Positions 28,232-42,668 of a DNA stretch of 64,000 nt are shown in pieces. Source of the DNA: Eledone cirrhosa (lineage: Eukaryota); the NCBI GenBank assembly GCA_964016885.1, contig OZ024757.1:36208001-36272000 (forward strand), written 5' to 3'. Below the pieces are notes generated by a model. It was not told the DNA's origin. It searched no databases and saw only the letters and a program-made list of their open reading frames with translations. Both the position numbers and the translations under genes were made by a program. How positions within the stretch are numbered: the first letter of the stretch is position 1; each line of letters starts with the position of its first letter.

Positions 28232-28547
28232 ATTTAAGGTACTGGGGTATTTAATTTCAACTTAGTTCAAACTTAAATCTAAGGTAGCAATGTGGGGTGG
28301 GGTTCAGTTATTGTTTAAGGAAACGTCAAGTAGGGAAAGAGGGTGGTTGTTTATTTGGTAGCCATGGTCGAATGTCTTGCAGAATTTCCTCTTCTAATCC
28401 TTCTTCATATTCTGAATTGTCTCCTCCTTTTTTTTGGTGGTGAGGAGAGGATAGTAGGGTAGAAGGTGTTTTTTATTTCATTAATGGATATGGATACATA
28501 TTTATCAAGGTTACATGCATGTATACATCCATTCACATATACACCCA

Positions 28548-28675
<128 letters not shown>

Positions 28676-28887
28676 TTGTGTGTGTACCTATACCTCTATA
28701 GATTTGCTCGAAATGGTATTTTTTTAAATAATTCCCCTTTCCTTGGGCGGAATTTTGATACCAGAAAAAATTCCTCCCCCAAATGAGAAACTGCATGATT
28801 TCTTATTTGCTTTCTTTACTAAAAACTACTAAATTTTACTAATTACTACTATTTACTGCCAAATCTGCATGTCAGAAAAATGCATAT

Positions 28888-28918
<31 letters not shown>

Positions 28919-29240
28919 ATGTATACACACACACATACATACACACACACACATACACACACAGCTATACAAAGAAGAGAAACCAAACTCGATGCTTGAT
29001 TAGAATGATTGGCATAATCGATAGTGTCAAACAAAATCCTTTGTGGTAGTTAGTTGCGACTTTATATCTTCTGAGGTCAAATCCTACAGAGGTCAACTTT
29101 ATTTTATTGATCTTAGTGGGATGAAAAGTAAAGTACAAGTACTGGGGTCAATATATTTGATGTTCCCCATAACCAAAATAGTTGGCCTTATGTCAATGTT
29201 AGAAATAATTATTATCATTATTATTACTACTACTACTATT

Positions 29241-29430
29241 AGGGCGGTGAATTGGCAGTATCGGTAGAGGGTCGGACGTCATGCTTTCTAGCATAGAGTT
29301 ACGGCCCTTGCCATTCTGAGTTCAAATCCCGCCGAGGTTAACTTTGCCTTTCATCCTTACAGGGTCGATAAAATAAAGTACCAGTAATGCACTGGGTAAT
29401 TGCTGGCCTTGTGCCAAAAGTAGAAACAAT
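29241..29430 (+). mobile_element. tRNA-derived SINE, second family
   Basis: B box GAGTTCAAATCC, then ccgaggttaactttgcctttcatcc...gtcgataaaataaagtaccag; related copies at about 21670-21870, 29040-29215 and 41220-41430. Confidence 0.75.
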
Positions 29431-29883
29431 TATTGCTACTACTATTATAGGTGTAGAGCTATATTAGTGACTCGAGGGCCGACAGTTTTGTGCCTAAGTG
29501 TTCTTAAACATTTTGGTAAGTGCCTCAAGATACAAAACTCTAGGCTTTAATGTCACTAGTTACAGACTGAAGTACTTACTTGAGTGGAGGTGGATTTCTT
29601 CTCTGAACACCTGTTGTCTGGCTATATTTATATATATATATGAATATATAATCTTTATTTTAAATAGAAATGATTTTTACAGGACTAGAACTGTTTCATA
29701 TATATATATGTGTGTGTGCGCGTGCATGTATGTATGTATGTATGTATGTGTGTGTGTGTGTATGTATATATATATCTCAAGCTGTATGGGAGCCTCCCAA
29801 AAGTCAACTCAAAAGTGACACAGAGGACATGTTGGAATACAGGCTTTTAAATTAGCCATTCTGGTGCACTTCTTTCCATTCAA

Positions 29884-30275
29884 TTATTGGTCCCAGGTTT
29901 TAATTGCTTGATTAAGAGGGCGGAAGGAAGAGGAGTTGGTGTTAACAAGCTTTTTAATTTGGAGATGTAACGGTTGAATAGTGCTGCCTATGTAAAATAG
30001 GTTGCACTTGTTACATTCTAGCTTGTATACTATGTAGGTACGTAGGCAAGAATTAGTGTTGTGGATAGGGCAATTGGTTAGGGTGCATCCGTTATCCTCG
30101 TTGGGGGGGTTGCCTTGTGGAGAGGCATTTTCCGCAAACACATCATCAAATGTGGAAACCGGGACAACATTACCAGCACAATCTTAGCTACCGAATGCAG
30201 TATAGGCACGCTGAGAATTAAGGAAGCCCTCTCCATTTCACCATCTCTCGGGGGAAAACTGTTGATAGTTGATAG
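29884..30275. pseudogene. Penelope-like GIY-YIG endonuclease fragment with an internal inversion
   Basis: Minus strand: CTLTNCPIHNTNSCLRTYIVYKLECNKCNLFYIGSTIQPLHLQIK..SSFR. Plus strand from about 30127: FRKHIIKC...LRIKEALSI.. Confidence 0.75.
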
Positions 30276-30567
30276 GTGCATTTATAATGTAGGTACTTTT
30301 CTCTTTCTGTCTCTCTCACACACATAAAACTTGCATTAAAAAAACAAACAACTCCACTATAAAAAAAATAAAATAACAAAGCAAAGAAAACTGCATGTGG
30401 CTGAATATTATTATTATTTTTTGTTATCTTTCTATTCCCCTCCCCTAGCTTGTAGAGTTTTTTTCTTCCTGTTTTCCTCTCCACCAGTGCTTTGCCTCGC
30501 TTCAGCTTCAAGTTTAAATGATTCTTGCACTTTCTATTGGCTTGTTTATTGTTATTGTTATTGTTAT

Positions 30568-30609
<42 letters not shown>

Positions 30610-30876
30610 TTATGTAAATGTTTTGTTTGTTTTTATTTTCACTTTTGATTTTTTTTTTTTAGCTTATTTTATTTTTGAAATGTTTATTAGAAAATGTTTT
30701 CATTGAATATCTATATTTTTGTTTTTTGTATAAAAATGAAAAACGTTTTGTTTGCTTTCCCCATTTCATGTTTTTGGGGTGAACAGGTGGAGTGGGAGTG
30801 TGGGTGGACAGAGGGAGTGGGTGCATGGGTCGGCAGGGGGATCCTTTTTGTTGTTTTTTAAATTGTTAGTTTCATT

Positions 30877-31076
30877 NNNNNNNNNNNNNNNNNNNNNNNN
30901 NNNNNNNNNNNNNNNNNNNNNNNNNNNNNNNNNNNNNNNNNNNNNNNNNNNNNNNNNNNNNNNNNNNNNNNNNNNNNNNNNNNNNNNNNNNNNNNNNNNN
31001 NNNNNNNNNNNNNNNNNNNNNNNNNNNNNNNNNNNNNNNNNNNNNNNNNNNNNNNNNNNNNNNNNNNNNNNNNNNN
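30877..31076. other. Assembly gap (200 N)
   Basis: Run of n. Confidence 1.
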
Positions 31077-31363
31077 TGACAGTCAATGAGCAACCTGCGG
31101 CCCACAAAGCTTTCTGAATGGCTCACCTAAGTGAACTCTGTCTGATTTTTTTAGCCCAACTTTTCAGCCATAATTTATCTTGCTATCATTTTTACGATTA
31201 AGGAAAATACGTGTACGAATTCTGAAGAAAGAAATCAAAACAACCTGAGTTACCGCCCTTTTTTTTAAAATGTGGGCATGAATGTAAATTAGCGCTTGCA
31301 GCCCACCTGATGACGAGCCATATCTCATGCGGTCCGCTTATCAAACAAGGTTGCCCATGCCTG
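31077..31363. mobile_element. hAT-type MITE end
   Basis: Ends GGTTGCCCATGCCTG (reverse complement CAGGCATGGGCAACC), with tgcggccc-like subterminal motifs. Confidence 0.55.
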
Positions 31364-32395
31364 GTTTATGAGGTCAGAATGAAAAAAAGACTGAAGTGCA
31401 AGTCTGTCAACACTTTAGTTTCTATGGTGACGACACTACTTCTCTGTTTCACACTCTTTCATTCTCTCTCTCTCCCTCACTGTATTTCCCTCTCACCAAC
31501 AACAACAACTTTTCACCCCCACCCCCACTCCCCTCCTATTTCCCCTCTTACATATGTGTGAAAAGTTGTTAAGATAGAAATGCAGTGTGTGTGTGAAAGA
31601 TCGATAAATAGATAGTTTAGTGACATTAAAAAAAATAACAAAGCTACATACATGATTAACAAATATTTTAAAAATGTTGTTGATCCAGCATCTCTAACGG
31701 TGGACATTTTGTTTATTTATGTTAGATCGTTAGCATGTGATGCCAGATTTACTTATAAACATTTGCACCTTGTATTATAGTGTCGTAGGGTCTGTCATGT
31801 AGGCATCACTTCAATTCCTGGACCAGAGCACGTTCTTAAACAAAACACTTCATGTTGCTTTTCATTCTGGGACTGTCCTTCTTCCCCCCCACTATCTTTA
31901 AACAACACAAAATACCTCCTGTGAGATACAACTTCATAGGAGACCAGCTAAATATCTACATATGTGTGGACTGTAAATTTAGATTTTCAGTTGAGTGGTA
32001 GGGGTGTTTCCAATCCATATGTTTCTAGTGAATTATAATATTATCTAGTCTAGCAAGATGGATAATCTGGCTTGGATCTGGTATTCACTCTGAACCAGTA
32101 GTAAGGGTGTTGGACTTACGATCATAGTGTTGTGGGTTCGATACCTGGACTTGGTTGTGCGTTGTTTTCTTGAGCAAGACACTTCATTTTACATTGCTAC
32201 ATCTGAAAATGAGTACCAGCAAGTGGCTAAGATATATATATATGTGTGCGCGTGTATGCTGTAGTATAAGTTTGGTAGAAATATCCAAGGGTAAGAGCAC
32301 TCACTCCATTGGACGAGTTAAGTATAATTTGTTACAACAGTGACATATACAGGTACTTAAGTTAAAATATATTTTTATTTTCATTACATAACAGG

Positions 32396-32434
32396 CTAAT
32401 GAGTTGGGATGTATAACCCAACGAAACTCAAGTA
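32396..32434 (+). ncRNA. Hammerhead ribozyme-like motif with a G5>A change
   Basis: CTAATGA-GTTGGG atgtataa CCCAAC-GAAA-CT ca AG-TA; helix II is perfect and helix I is degraded. Confidence 0.6.
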
Positions 32435-32483
32435 ACTACATATGTAGTAAAATATAATTTTACTTACAAACTTCTTATATATA

Positions 32484-32907
32484 TCATCATCATCATTTTA
32501 CGTCCGTTCTTCCACGCTAGCATGGGTTAGACGGGTTGTCCTGTTGTGGGCAGTGTCCGGTCGGCTGACCTTGTCTTGCTCATACGGGAACTGATTCTGG
32601 CTTGATTTCTACAGCTGGATGCCCTTCCTAACACCAACTTCATTTACAGTGAGTGCTGGGTGCTTTTTTTTTCGTGGCGCCTACACGTCCACTTTACAGT
32701 GTGGGCTCGGTGCTTTTTTGCCATGGTACCTCCACGACCACTTTGCAGTGGAATGATAGGGACCCCAGTCCAATCATCTCATTTCTACAGCTGAGTAAAC
32801 TGAAGCAATGTGAAATAAAGAGTCTTGTTCAAGGAAACAACACATCACCCGGTCTGAGAATTGAACTCCCAACCTTTTGATTGCAAACCCAATGCTCTAA
32901 CCACTAA
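32484..32907 (-). mobile_element. Near full-length tRNA-derived SINE with RTE tail
   Basis: Minus strand has TTAGTGGTTAGAGC...GAGTTCAATTCTC (A/B boxes) running through to the (ATG)n tail. Confidence 0.85.
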
Positions 32908-34154
32908 TATATATATATATATATATAGTTATTTATAATTATCGTTAATTTAGCTTCTGTTTTCCCTGCTAGCAAGGGTTGGACGTGTTATTAAACACCG
33001 GTCTGTACCAATATGGAGGTTCTAAGATAAAGGTTACCCAGAGATTCAATATATGAATATATTCTCATGCTCTGCCGAGTGTATTTTATGGCACCAACAT
33101 TAGGGAATCTGTCATTTCTTTGACACAGCTGAAGAATTCTCCTAACCTTTTATTTATCACGTTTTCCAGAGCTAGATGCCCTTCCTATCACCAACAATTT
33201 TACAGAGTGTGCTATGTACCTTTATCATGTTGATCACGAACACTAGAGAGATTGATGTGCCCCGAATAAAACAGTCATTTTGACCTTTTGTTCAGCATGG
33301 TTTCTACAGTGGGGTACCTTTCCCATCACTAACCACCTTACAGAGAGTACTGGGTGCATTTATCTGACACCAACACTAGCGAGGTTGTCATTGACTCAAC
33401 CAAAGGGCTCTCTTTACCCAACTGACTATTCTCATGAAGATAGTGATTGGCTCTAAACACTGATTCAAAAGCTGTTATAACCCCCCCCCCCTTCTATTGA
33501 AGTTTTACATAATAGGATAGGGGGGACTTCAATCACATGCTGTCCTTTGTGTATTGTTATATCCAGCCAATTCTGTTTTGAGCCTGGAGGTTCATTAGGT
33601 CGGTGCTTATACTAGTTTCTGTGATGTGAAGTAACTAAGAGTACAAGACTCCTCCCCTGGACAGGACGTCAGTCCATCGCAAGGTTAATCCTCCTGCTAT
33701 TGCTGGTACTCACTTTCAAATGAGTATACTGGAGCAATGTGAAATGAAGTGTTTTCCTCAGGAATGCAACACACAACCCAGCCGAGGAATGAAACTCACA
33801 ACATTATGATCATAATACCAATACCCTTACCACAAGGCCACATACCTCCACCAAACTAATTTAGTTAATATTTATATATTGCACACACAATCACATACAC
33901 ACAATATCATTATGATAACATGGAGGCAATTTCAAATTAATTTGAAACATAAAATACTAAATCACCTGAAATATGTCCCAGTTCTATGATACAAAACTGT
34001 TTATTTTAAAGTGTTTATATTAATCTAAAAACTTATCCTAATTTTATATAAAAAAAAAAGTTGTTCCAAACACCAGTAAGAAAGTTAATCCCTCTAAATT
34101 CTTCTTTATATTCAAAAATAATTTGAAAATCATAGGCAGTGTTCTTTGTTAGAA

Positions 34155-34540
34155 ATATGGTAATGAAAGGGTTAAAGAGATAGGTAGTCTTTTATTAGAC
34201 ATATGGTAATGAAAGGGTTAAAGAGATAGGTAGTCTTTTATTAGACATATGGTAATGAAAGGGTTAAAGAGATAGGTAGTCTTTTATTAGACATATGGTA
34301 ATGAAAGGGTTAAAGAGATAGGTAGTCTTTTATTAGACATATGGTAATGAAAGGGTTAAAGAGATAGGTAGTCTTTTATTAGACATATGGTAATTAAAGG
34401 GTTAAAGAGATAGGTAGTCTTTTATTAGACATATGGTAATGAATGAGTTAATGATATAGGTAATGTCTTTCATTAAAAATATGGTAATGAAATGATTGAC
34501 ATAGGCAGTGTCTTTCATTAGAAATATGGTAATGGAAGGG
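34155..34540. repeat. Minisatellite, 46-bp unit, about 8 copies
   Basis: Unit atatggtaatgaaagggttaaagagataggtagtcttttattagac. Confidence 0.92.
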
Positions 34541-36116
34541 TTTATGACTGTGGAAGTTTCCTCTCATTCTTCATCTCCCCCTTATAATACCATTTTGACA
34601 AGAAATTATATTGAAATCATCTTCCTTTTATTCCTTGGTTTGTCTTGGAAGTGCTTCTTGTATCTATCCTCAATTTACAAAAGTGCTTCAGTGTTTGGAT
34701 GATTGTGGCTAGGATTCTGGTACTGTAGATGTTCTTGCTAATCACATGTACCTAAAGAGGCCTACTTTCTATATAAGGTACCCCTTTTAAAGAAGCCTAC
34801 TTGCTATATAAATTTCTTCTCGTAATGTTAAAATATACTTGAATATGTTTTTGTTTTTATTTTGTAATCTGGCCAGGTAATTTACCAATATATGTTTACT
34901 CAATAATGACAAACAAATGTTTAAAGCAGGAATATCTTGTGGAATGTCTTGCTAATGCAGGTAACTAGATAATAATAGACGAACAATCTGGGAGATAACA
35001 TTTCTTTATTCCCTCCCGCTCTCTTTGGGCCACCCCCTCTCTCTTCAATCTGGACTCTTTTTTTTTTTTTTTTTGTCTCATGGAAAAAAAGCAAAACTTC
35101 TTTATTAATCTGTTATTATTTTTACATTCTATTCTTGCTTATGGTCTGGGCCTTTTCTTAAATTTATTTTTCCACTCTCCACTTGTTCTGTATCATCATC
35201 ATCATAGTTATTGTCTACTTTCTATGTTGGCATGGGTTAGACAGATCTTCATGGCCTGAGACAAGAGGGGGTTTAGAGAACCATATCTTGCTCATATGTC
35301 CTATATTTGGCATGCGTTCTATGGCTAGATGCCCTTCCTAATGTAAACCTCGTTACTGAGTATACTTTATCGTGACACAAGGACTACTACTTTAGAGTGT
35401 ACTAGGAGCATTTTTGTGGCACTAGCACTACCACTCTACAGAGTGGACTGGGTGAATTTTTGCATTTGTTTGGCAACTGTGTGTCCTGCAAGCATTTTTG
35501 AGGTACCAGCATTACCACTCTACAGAGTGGACTGGGTGGATTTTTGCATTTCTTTGGCAACATAATTAATTAATTAATCTTCTATGCACAGTCTATATTA
35601 GAAGGTTTAAAGTAAATATAATGTAGATATAAAGTAGAAGCCTGAGGTGTGGAAAGAGCATTATTCCCGCTGTACACAGAACTACATAAGATATTATTGT
35701 CTCCCCCATCAAAAAATCTATTGATCTCTGCTGTTGACCTGCTGGAATTTCATTCATCAGAAAATGTTTTAGAATATTAACCCATATAGTGGTCAGGAGG
35801 ACAAATACCACTTCAGATCTTTCTTTAAATATTATAATGCACCATGCACTATTGATGCTTAAAATAATCCGTCGTGTGTTTTATCCACATATTTTATAAC
35901 TGAAAGCCATTACTCCATTGTTTGTGTGTATACAAATTCATCATCTTATCAGTGTTCTACATTAATGTAATTATTGTATTTATTGTCTCTAGGATCTTCC
36001 TCCTTCCCTAATGACATTAGGCAGTGAGAGCTATAGTTTTTGTAGTAGGCTCTCATCACATAAGATTCCCTCGAAGATTCTACTTGAGCTACAGAGTCAT
36101 TTATATATATCATTTC

Positions 36117-36452
36117 ATCATCATTTCATTTTACGTCCGCTTTTCCCTGCTTGCAAGGGTGGGACGGGAACTGATTCTGGCTTGATTTCTACAGCTGGAT
36201 GCCCTTCCTAACACCAACCTCATTTACAGTGAGTGCTGGGTGCTTTTTTGCCGTGGCACCTCCACGACCACTTTGCAGTGGAATGATATGGATCCCAGTT
36301 GCTATCATCTCATGTCTACAGCTGAGTAAACTGGAGCAATGTGAAATAAAGTGTCTTGCTCAAGGAAACAACACATCGCCCGGTCTGAGAATTGAACTCA
36401 CAACCTTTCGATTGCAAGGCCAATGCTCTAGCCACTGAGCCACGTGCCTCCA
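36117..36452 (-). mobile_element. Full-length tRNA-derived SINE
   Basis: Near reverse complement of 48942-49281. Confidence 0.88.
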
Positions 36453-36542
36453 CATATATATATGTGTGTGTGTATTGTCAATGAAAATATAACAAAAAGT
36501 CAAAGATAGGTTCTTAATTAGTTCATTGTTTTACAATAACCT

Positions 36543-36990
36543 CAGTGTGGACTGGGTGCTTTTTGCTGTGGCACCTACACGGCCACTTTACAGTGTGGAC
36601 TGAGTGCTTTTTGCTGTGTCACCTACATGACCACTTTACAGTGTGGACTGAGTGCTTTTTGCTGTGTCACCTACATGACCACTTTACAGTTTGGTCTGGG
36701 TGCTTTTTGTTGTGTCACCTACATGACCACTTTACAGTGTGGACTGAGTGCTTTTTGTTGTGTCACCTACATGACCACTTTACAGTTTGGTCTGGGTGCT
36801 TTTTGTTGTGTCACCTACATGACCACTTTACAGTTTGGTCTGGGTGCTTTTTGTTGTGTCACCTACATGACCACTTTACAGTTTGGTCTGGGTGCTTTTT
36901 GTTGTGTCACCATTCCGGCCACTTTACTGTGTGGGCTGGGTGCTTTTTATCGAGTTGCTATCATGACCACTTTACAGTGTGGGCTGGGGG
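36543..36990. repeat. 48-bp tandem array (about 9 copies) within an RTE LINE 3'UTR
   Basis: Unit cactttacagtgtggactgagtgctttttgctgtgtcacctacatgac; contiguous with the LINE fragment at 37080-37965. Confidence 0.9.
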
Positions 36991-37079
36991 CTTCACAGGA
37001 TATATAGTTCAGCTTGTCCTCATGGGAGTGGGTGGTGTGAGATGGTGCATCCTATATATATATATGCTTCAGCTTCAGC

Positions 37080-37965
37080 CTGTGACCATGGGAAGCCGGG
37101 TCTTCTGTAGTACTGCATAACGCCAGAGATCTTGGTGTGTCATTGCCTTTGAGAGATGCAATTGAGCGAAGTCGACTTTTATCACCTCATCCCAATCTTC
37201 CTGGGTCTCCCCACTCCAAGACTTCCATCGACTTTAAGCACTCTGCACATTTTTATGCAGTTGTCATCCTTCATACATATCACATGTCCATACCAACACA
37301 ATCTCTTCTGCTCACTGCATCTGACTTCTCTTATGCCTAGTATCTCTCTCAGTACATTTATGCTTTGCCATTCACGTATATTACACATCCATCGAAGCAT
37401 GCAAGCTTCATTTCTTTCCAAGCTACACAAGTCTTCTACACACAGCACCCAGGTCTCACTACCATGTAACAATGCTATTCGTATGCATGCATCATACAGT
37501 CTGCCTTTCATTTTGAGGGAAAAGCCTTTAGTAGCTAGCAGTGGTAGTAGCTCCCTTAACTTCCCCCATCCCGTTCTTATTCTGGCTTCTGTACTTTCAG
37601 AACACCCACCTCTGCTGCTAATTCGGTCACCCAGGTAGCAGAAGCTGTCTACTGTTTTTACTGAGCCTTCCCAAAATTTGATAGTGCTTGTTTCCTGTGG
37701 TTGTTTGCTGCTTACTGCCCCAGTGCAGCTGCTATATGTAAAGCCTATATTCTTAGCTAAACTTCCAGAGATCCCACTACATCTCTTGTGTATCTATAGT
37801 TTGTATTTGGAGCAGAGGATAGAATTTCTACCTATACCTTTCCTACATATTGAGCAAGGCCATTTCTCCAAGGAGATCTGGGTTCTTTTTTCTTTACTAC
37901 TTACTAGGATCTTAGTCTTTGTCAGGTTGACTTTAAGGCCCCTTCTTTCTAGGACCTGCTTCCAT
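37080..37965 (-). mobile_element. RTE LINE fragment (post-RT, Cys-rich insert and C-terminus)
   Basis: KGRLYDACIRIALLHGSETW...LERNEACMLRWMC...WYGHVICM...GRPRK. Confidence 0.85.
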
Positions 37966-38732
37966 GTTTGTATGTATGTGTGTGTGTGTGTGTGTGTACA
38001 TCATGTGATGAGAAAGCAGCAGCGGAATTGGAAGATTGAATTGAATTAATAATTTTACAGTATTTTTTGACCACAGAAAATAAGAGAGGAGCATAGACAT
38101 CTCCTTAGACAGGTCAAGTAATCATGTCTTGCTCATACACTCCATTTTTGCTAAAGTTTCTACAACTGGATGTCCTTCCTTACATCAACTAATTTATAGA
38201 ATGTCCAACCCATGCTAACATGGAACAACAAACATAAAATTATGGAGAGATGATAATGACATTCTCTGATGGTAGCAGCAGCATAGAGACTGTCACAGTC
38301 TCAATAAAATATGAGATTCTTCTCTACTGTATATTTGTCTTGAGAGTCTACTGAGTTCATTTTATCATGGCAGCAACATTAGAAGTGTTTGAACCACTGT
38401 AGTCTCATGTCTGTCATGGTTGAACGAGGAGAGAGTGTGATAAGAGAGAGGGAGACTGGCAGTTACATGTTGATTATTGGTAATGGGTAGGGGTGTTGAA
38501 TAGATAACAGCATGAGCAACCTAATGGGGCTAGCATTAGGGATGTACCATGGTAGGGGAGAGAACAAATGATGGAAAGCAATGAATGTATGTGTTGTGCT
38601 GTTTTTTTATCGTCTTTCAAAAATTGTACTTTAAATCTCCCAAATCTTTTTTTTTTTATTATTATTTTTTTTTTTTTGTAATAGGGATTTGTATGTGAAT
38701 ATTTGAATTCCATAAAGAATGTAGCTTCTATA

Positions 38733-39252
38733 TTGGGTTGGACAGAAATGTCCCACCGTTATTTTCAAAAGAAGGTATTTTGATAGAGTTTTTCTGGAAA
38801 TGTTGAAGGTTGAATATGCGCACAAATATAAGAAGTGATGTTGGCATGCACTATGTACATTTCTCATTATATCATCAAAGAGGAAGCAACGTGTATCTAT
38901 CCAAATTGTATATTCGTGGCTGTTTACTTTATGACTTCAAATCTGGCCCAAGTGCAGCAGAATTGAGTTTTCACATTAACAATGCATTTTGGTCACACAC
39001 CATGTCTGAATGCAGTGTCAGGGACTCGTTCACACGCTTCCGTTTCAGGGATTATAATAGCCTTGAAGATCAACCTCATGCAGGACATCCATCCAACTTC
39101 AATGACGAGCAACTGCATGAGCTGGTGGAAGCTAGCCAACGCCAGACATCACAAAGTGCTTGGAAGTCTATCAGAAACAACCATCTTCAATCACTTGCGT
39201 CCAATAGGGAAATAACCATTTGAAAAATGCAAGAACTTTCTGTCCAAATTAA
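38733..39252 (+). mobile_element. Internally deleted mariner transposon
   Basis: TA-flanked TIRs TTGGGTTGGACAGAAA / TTTCTGTCCAAATTAA; HTH region IRGCLLYDFKSG.SAAE...INNAF...RFR....LEDQPHAGHPS. Confidence 0.85.
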
Positions 39253-40139
39253 TATATAGAATGGTTTAAACTGGTAAACAGTGGTTATATTTCATGTTAT
39301 ATGAAATATTTGGTTGGAATATGTTATAATAGATGATTAGAAAATCTGTTAACCAGTGTAATGTTGTATCAGTTATTCTTCTGTTTGGTAGATTAATGAA
39401 GGTAAAACAGTTTCAGAATTTTCTATTATATTTATAATATTCTAGATCTGTTGTGTTCATTCTCTATTAACATTCATATTTGCCAGAAAAAGATTTTCTT
39501 TTAGGCATGTCAAATTAAAAGCTGTGTTCCAGTTTTAGCTATTTTTCTTTTTCTTCGTATTTCCTTATAAATCTCTTGCAGTTTGTTTGGAAACAGTAAA
39601 GCTCCTAAACCCATTCTCAAAAACAATAAAATAAACAACATACATACACACAGCATAAACACACAACATACACACACAACACACATAAAGAAAATAAACT
39701 TGCAACTGATATATAAATTTAATAGTGAAATTTAGGTGGTAAAGTTTACATATATCACATTTGTCTACTCTGTAGCTCAATTAAACACCATTACCTAGCC
39801 CTTACCTTTAGCAGAGTACACTCAGTTGTTAGTATTCAGGCAAGGTCTCTAATTTCAAGATACCATCATCCCTTTCTCTGACCAGTGTCAGGGGCCCTAA
39901 ACAGAGGTGTGGTCACTATTCTTTTTTTACTAAACAGTACAGGGTGGGGTAGGGTGGGGGTCTTTTTGTTCATATATTTTTACTGATTTTGATAGGCTTG
40001 AAAATCCATTTCGCTATATTTTGAGTTCAAGTTCTGCTTTTTTGCTTTTCATACTTATGAGGTTGATAACATTTCAAAGTGACTATATGTAAAATATGCC
40101 ATGATTTCATGGTCCTGGTGGACAAGAATTAACCCTGAA

Positions 40140-41170
40140 GATACACACAGGTATATAATGTACCTATTGTAAATCAGATACAGTGTACCTATTGTAAACT
40201 GGATACACACTGGGATACAGTGTACCTATTGTAAACCAGATACTCACTGGGATACAGTGTACCTATTGTAAACCAGATACACACTGGGATACAGTGTACC
40301 TATTGTAAACCAGATACACACTGGGATACAGTGTGCCTATTGTAAACTAGATATACACAGGGATACAGTGTACCTATTGTAAACTAGATATACACAGGGA
40401 TACAGTGTACCTATTGTAAACTAGATATACACAGGGATACAGTGTACCTATTGTAAACCAGATATACACAGGGATACAGTGTACCTATTGTAAACTAGAT
40501 ATACACAGGGATGCAGTGTACCTATTGTAAACCAGATACACACTGGGATACAGTGTACCTATTGTAAACCAGATATACACAGAGATACAGTGTACCTATT
40601 GTAAACCAGATATACACAGAGATACAGTGTACCTATTGTAAACTAGATATACACAGGGATACAGTGTACCTATTGTAAACCAGATATACACAGGGATACA
40701 GTGTACCTATGGTAAACTGGATACACACTGGGATACAGTGTACCTATTGTAAACTGGATATACACAGGGATACAGTGTACCTATTGTAAACTAGATATAC
40801 ACTGGGATACAGTGGACCTATTGTAAACTAGATATACACAGGGATACAGTGTACCTATTGTAAACTGGATACACACAGGGATACAGTGTACCTATTGTAA
40901 ACTAGATATACACAGGGATACAGTGTACCTATTGTAAACTGGATATACACAGGGATACAGTGTACCTATTGTAAACTGGATATACACAGGGATACAGTGT
41001 ACCTATTGTAAACCAGATATACACAGGGATACAGTGTACCTATTGTAAACTAGATATACACAGGGATACAGTGTACCTATTGTAAACCAGATACACACTG
41101 GCATACAGTGTACCTATTGTAAACCAGATACAGACTGGGATACAGTGTACCTATTGTAAACCAGATACAG
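40140..41170. repeat. Minisatellite, 37-bp unit, about 27 copies
   Basis: Unit gatacagtgtacctattgtaaaccagatacacactgg and variants. Confidence 0.95.
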
Positions 41171-41472
41171 ACAGCTTAATTTAAATTGACGGAGAAACCG
41201 TTACTATTACTAGTAATAGTGGTGATTGGCAGTATCGTTAAAGTATCAGACAACATGCTTTGCAGCATAGAGTTACAACTCTTTATTTTCTGAGTTCAAA
41301 TCCTGTTAAGGTTAAGCTTTACCTTTCATCCTAATGGAGTCAATAAAACAAAGTACCAGTAATGCACTGGGATTGATTTAATCGACTTTCCCCAAAAGAA
41401 GTGTTGGCTTTGTGCCTATGAGACCATTACACAATGTGTGTGGGGGGTGGGGTGGGGGGGGGGGGGGGGGGT

Positions 41473-41506
<34 letters not shown>

Positions 41507-41710
41507 GTTGTTACCACTTATTATAATACTCTGTCATTTACTGTTTCTACATAGAAGACAATTCTGATTACACACCGACAGGCCAGGGTATGTATTTCAA
41601 GTGCTTGTGTTGTGTGAAGTTTGATTTTAGAACAGCAGCTAACACTCATCCCATTCTTTCTTCTCTTTCTCTGAGAATGTTATAGTGTATATGTGTATAT
41701 GTATACACAA

Positions 41711-41776
<66 letters not shown>

Positions 41777-41860
41777 TCACACACTTTTTATAGTTTTTTT
41801 CTGTTAAAAGGAGTGTTATAGTGTTTGCTTGTGTGTGTATGTATATATATATATGTATAT

Positions 41861-42060
41861 ACTCATTTTATTTAGGCTAAATAGTTAAGTCTTGTTACTC
41901 TGGAGTTTGGTCTGCTTATCACAGGGTCATCTTGGCTGATGACCCTGTGAACAGACAAAACTCCAGAGTAACAAGACTCACTATTTAGCTTAAGGAAATG
42001 ACTATCTAAACCCGATTTCGGTCTTTAGTACTCTTTTCTCTCGGCCGTCAACTACAGACA
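41861..42060 (+). mobile_element. Fold-back, hammerhead-bearing mini-element (Penelope pLTR-like)
   Basis: Inverted arms span 41861-42002. Reads tcttgg-CTGATGA..aAAA-ctc ca gag-TA-acaaga; same family as 44463-44680. Confidence 0.65.
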
Positions 42061-42349
42061 GATTTATATATATACATACACATATGCTTATATATAAACG
42101 CGCACATACACACACACTCTCTCTCTCTCTCTCTCTGCTTGATCTGATTGTTTCTAACAGAATTAGAAAGATTTTGTGACAGTAACTAAGAGGAATTACC
42201 CCTCCCTCCGAAAAAAATAAAAATAAAAAGAGAAGCAAAGCAAAAAAAAACATCAACATCAACGTAACCTATACAATCATTATTACAATTAGGGAGTTGT
42301 TTTTTTTATCTCTTTTAATGTTGCATTTGTGAAACCTATCATATGATTA

Positions 42350-42545
42350 CAAACAGCATGTCTTAGGAGGTTCTTAACTTTGTGACTGAAGCTATCATAT
42401 TAGAAACAGCATGTCTTAGGAAGTGTTTTAAATTTGTGACTGAAGCTATCATATTAGAAACAGCATGTCTTAGGAGGTGTCTTGAATTTGTGCCTGAGTC
42501 TATTGTATTATTAGAAACAGCATGTCTGAGGTGTCTTAAATTTGT
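42350..42545. repeat. Tandem repeat, ~55-bp unit, about 3.5 copies
   Basis: tttgtgactgaagctatcatattagaaacagcatgtcttagga. Confidence 0.8.
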
Positions 42546-42617
42546 GGTTGGGCTTATGTTTCTTTGTTTTATAGTTTAATATATATATATATGTGTATGT
42601 GTGTGTGTACACATTTC

Positions 42618-42665
<48 letters not shown>

Positions 42666-42668
<3 letters not shown>

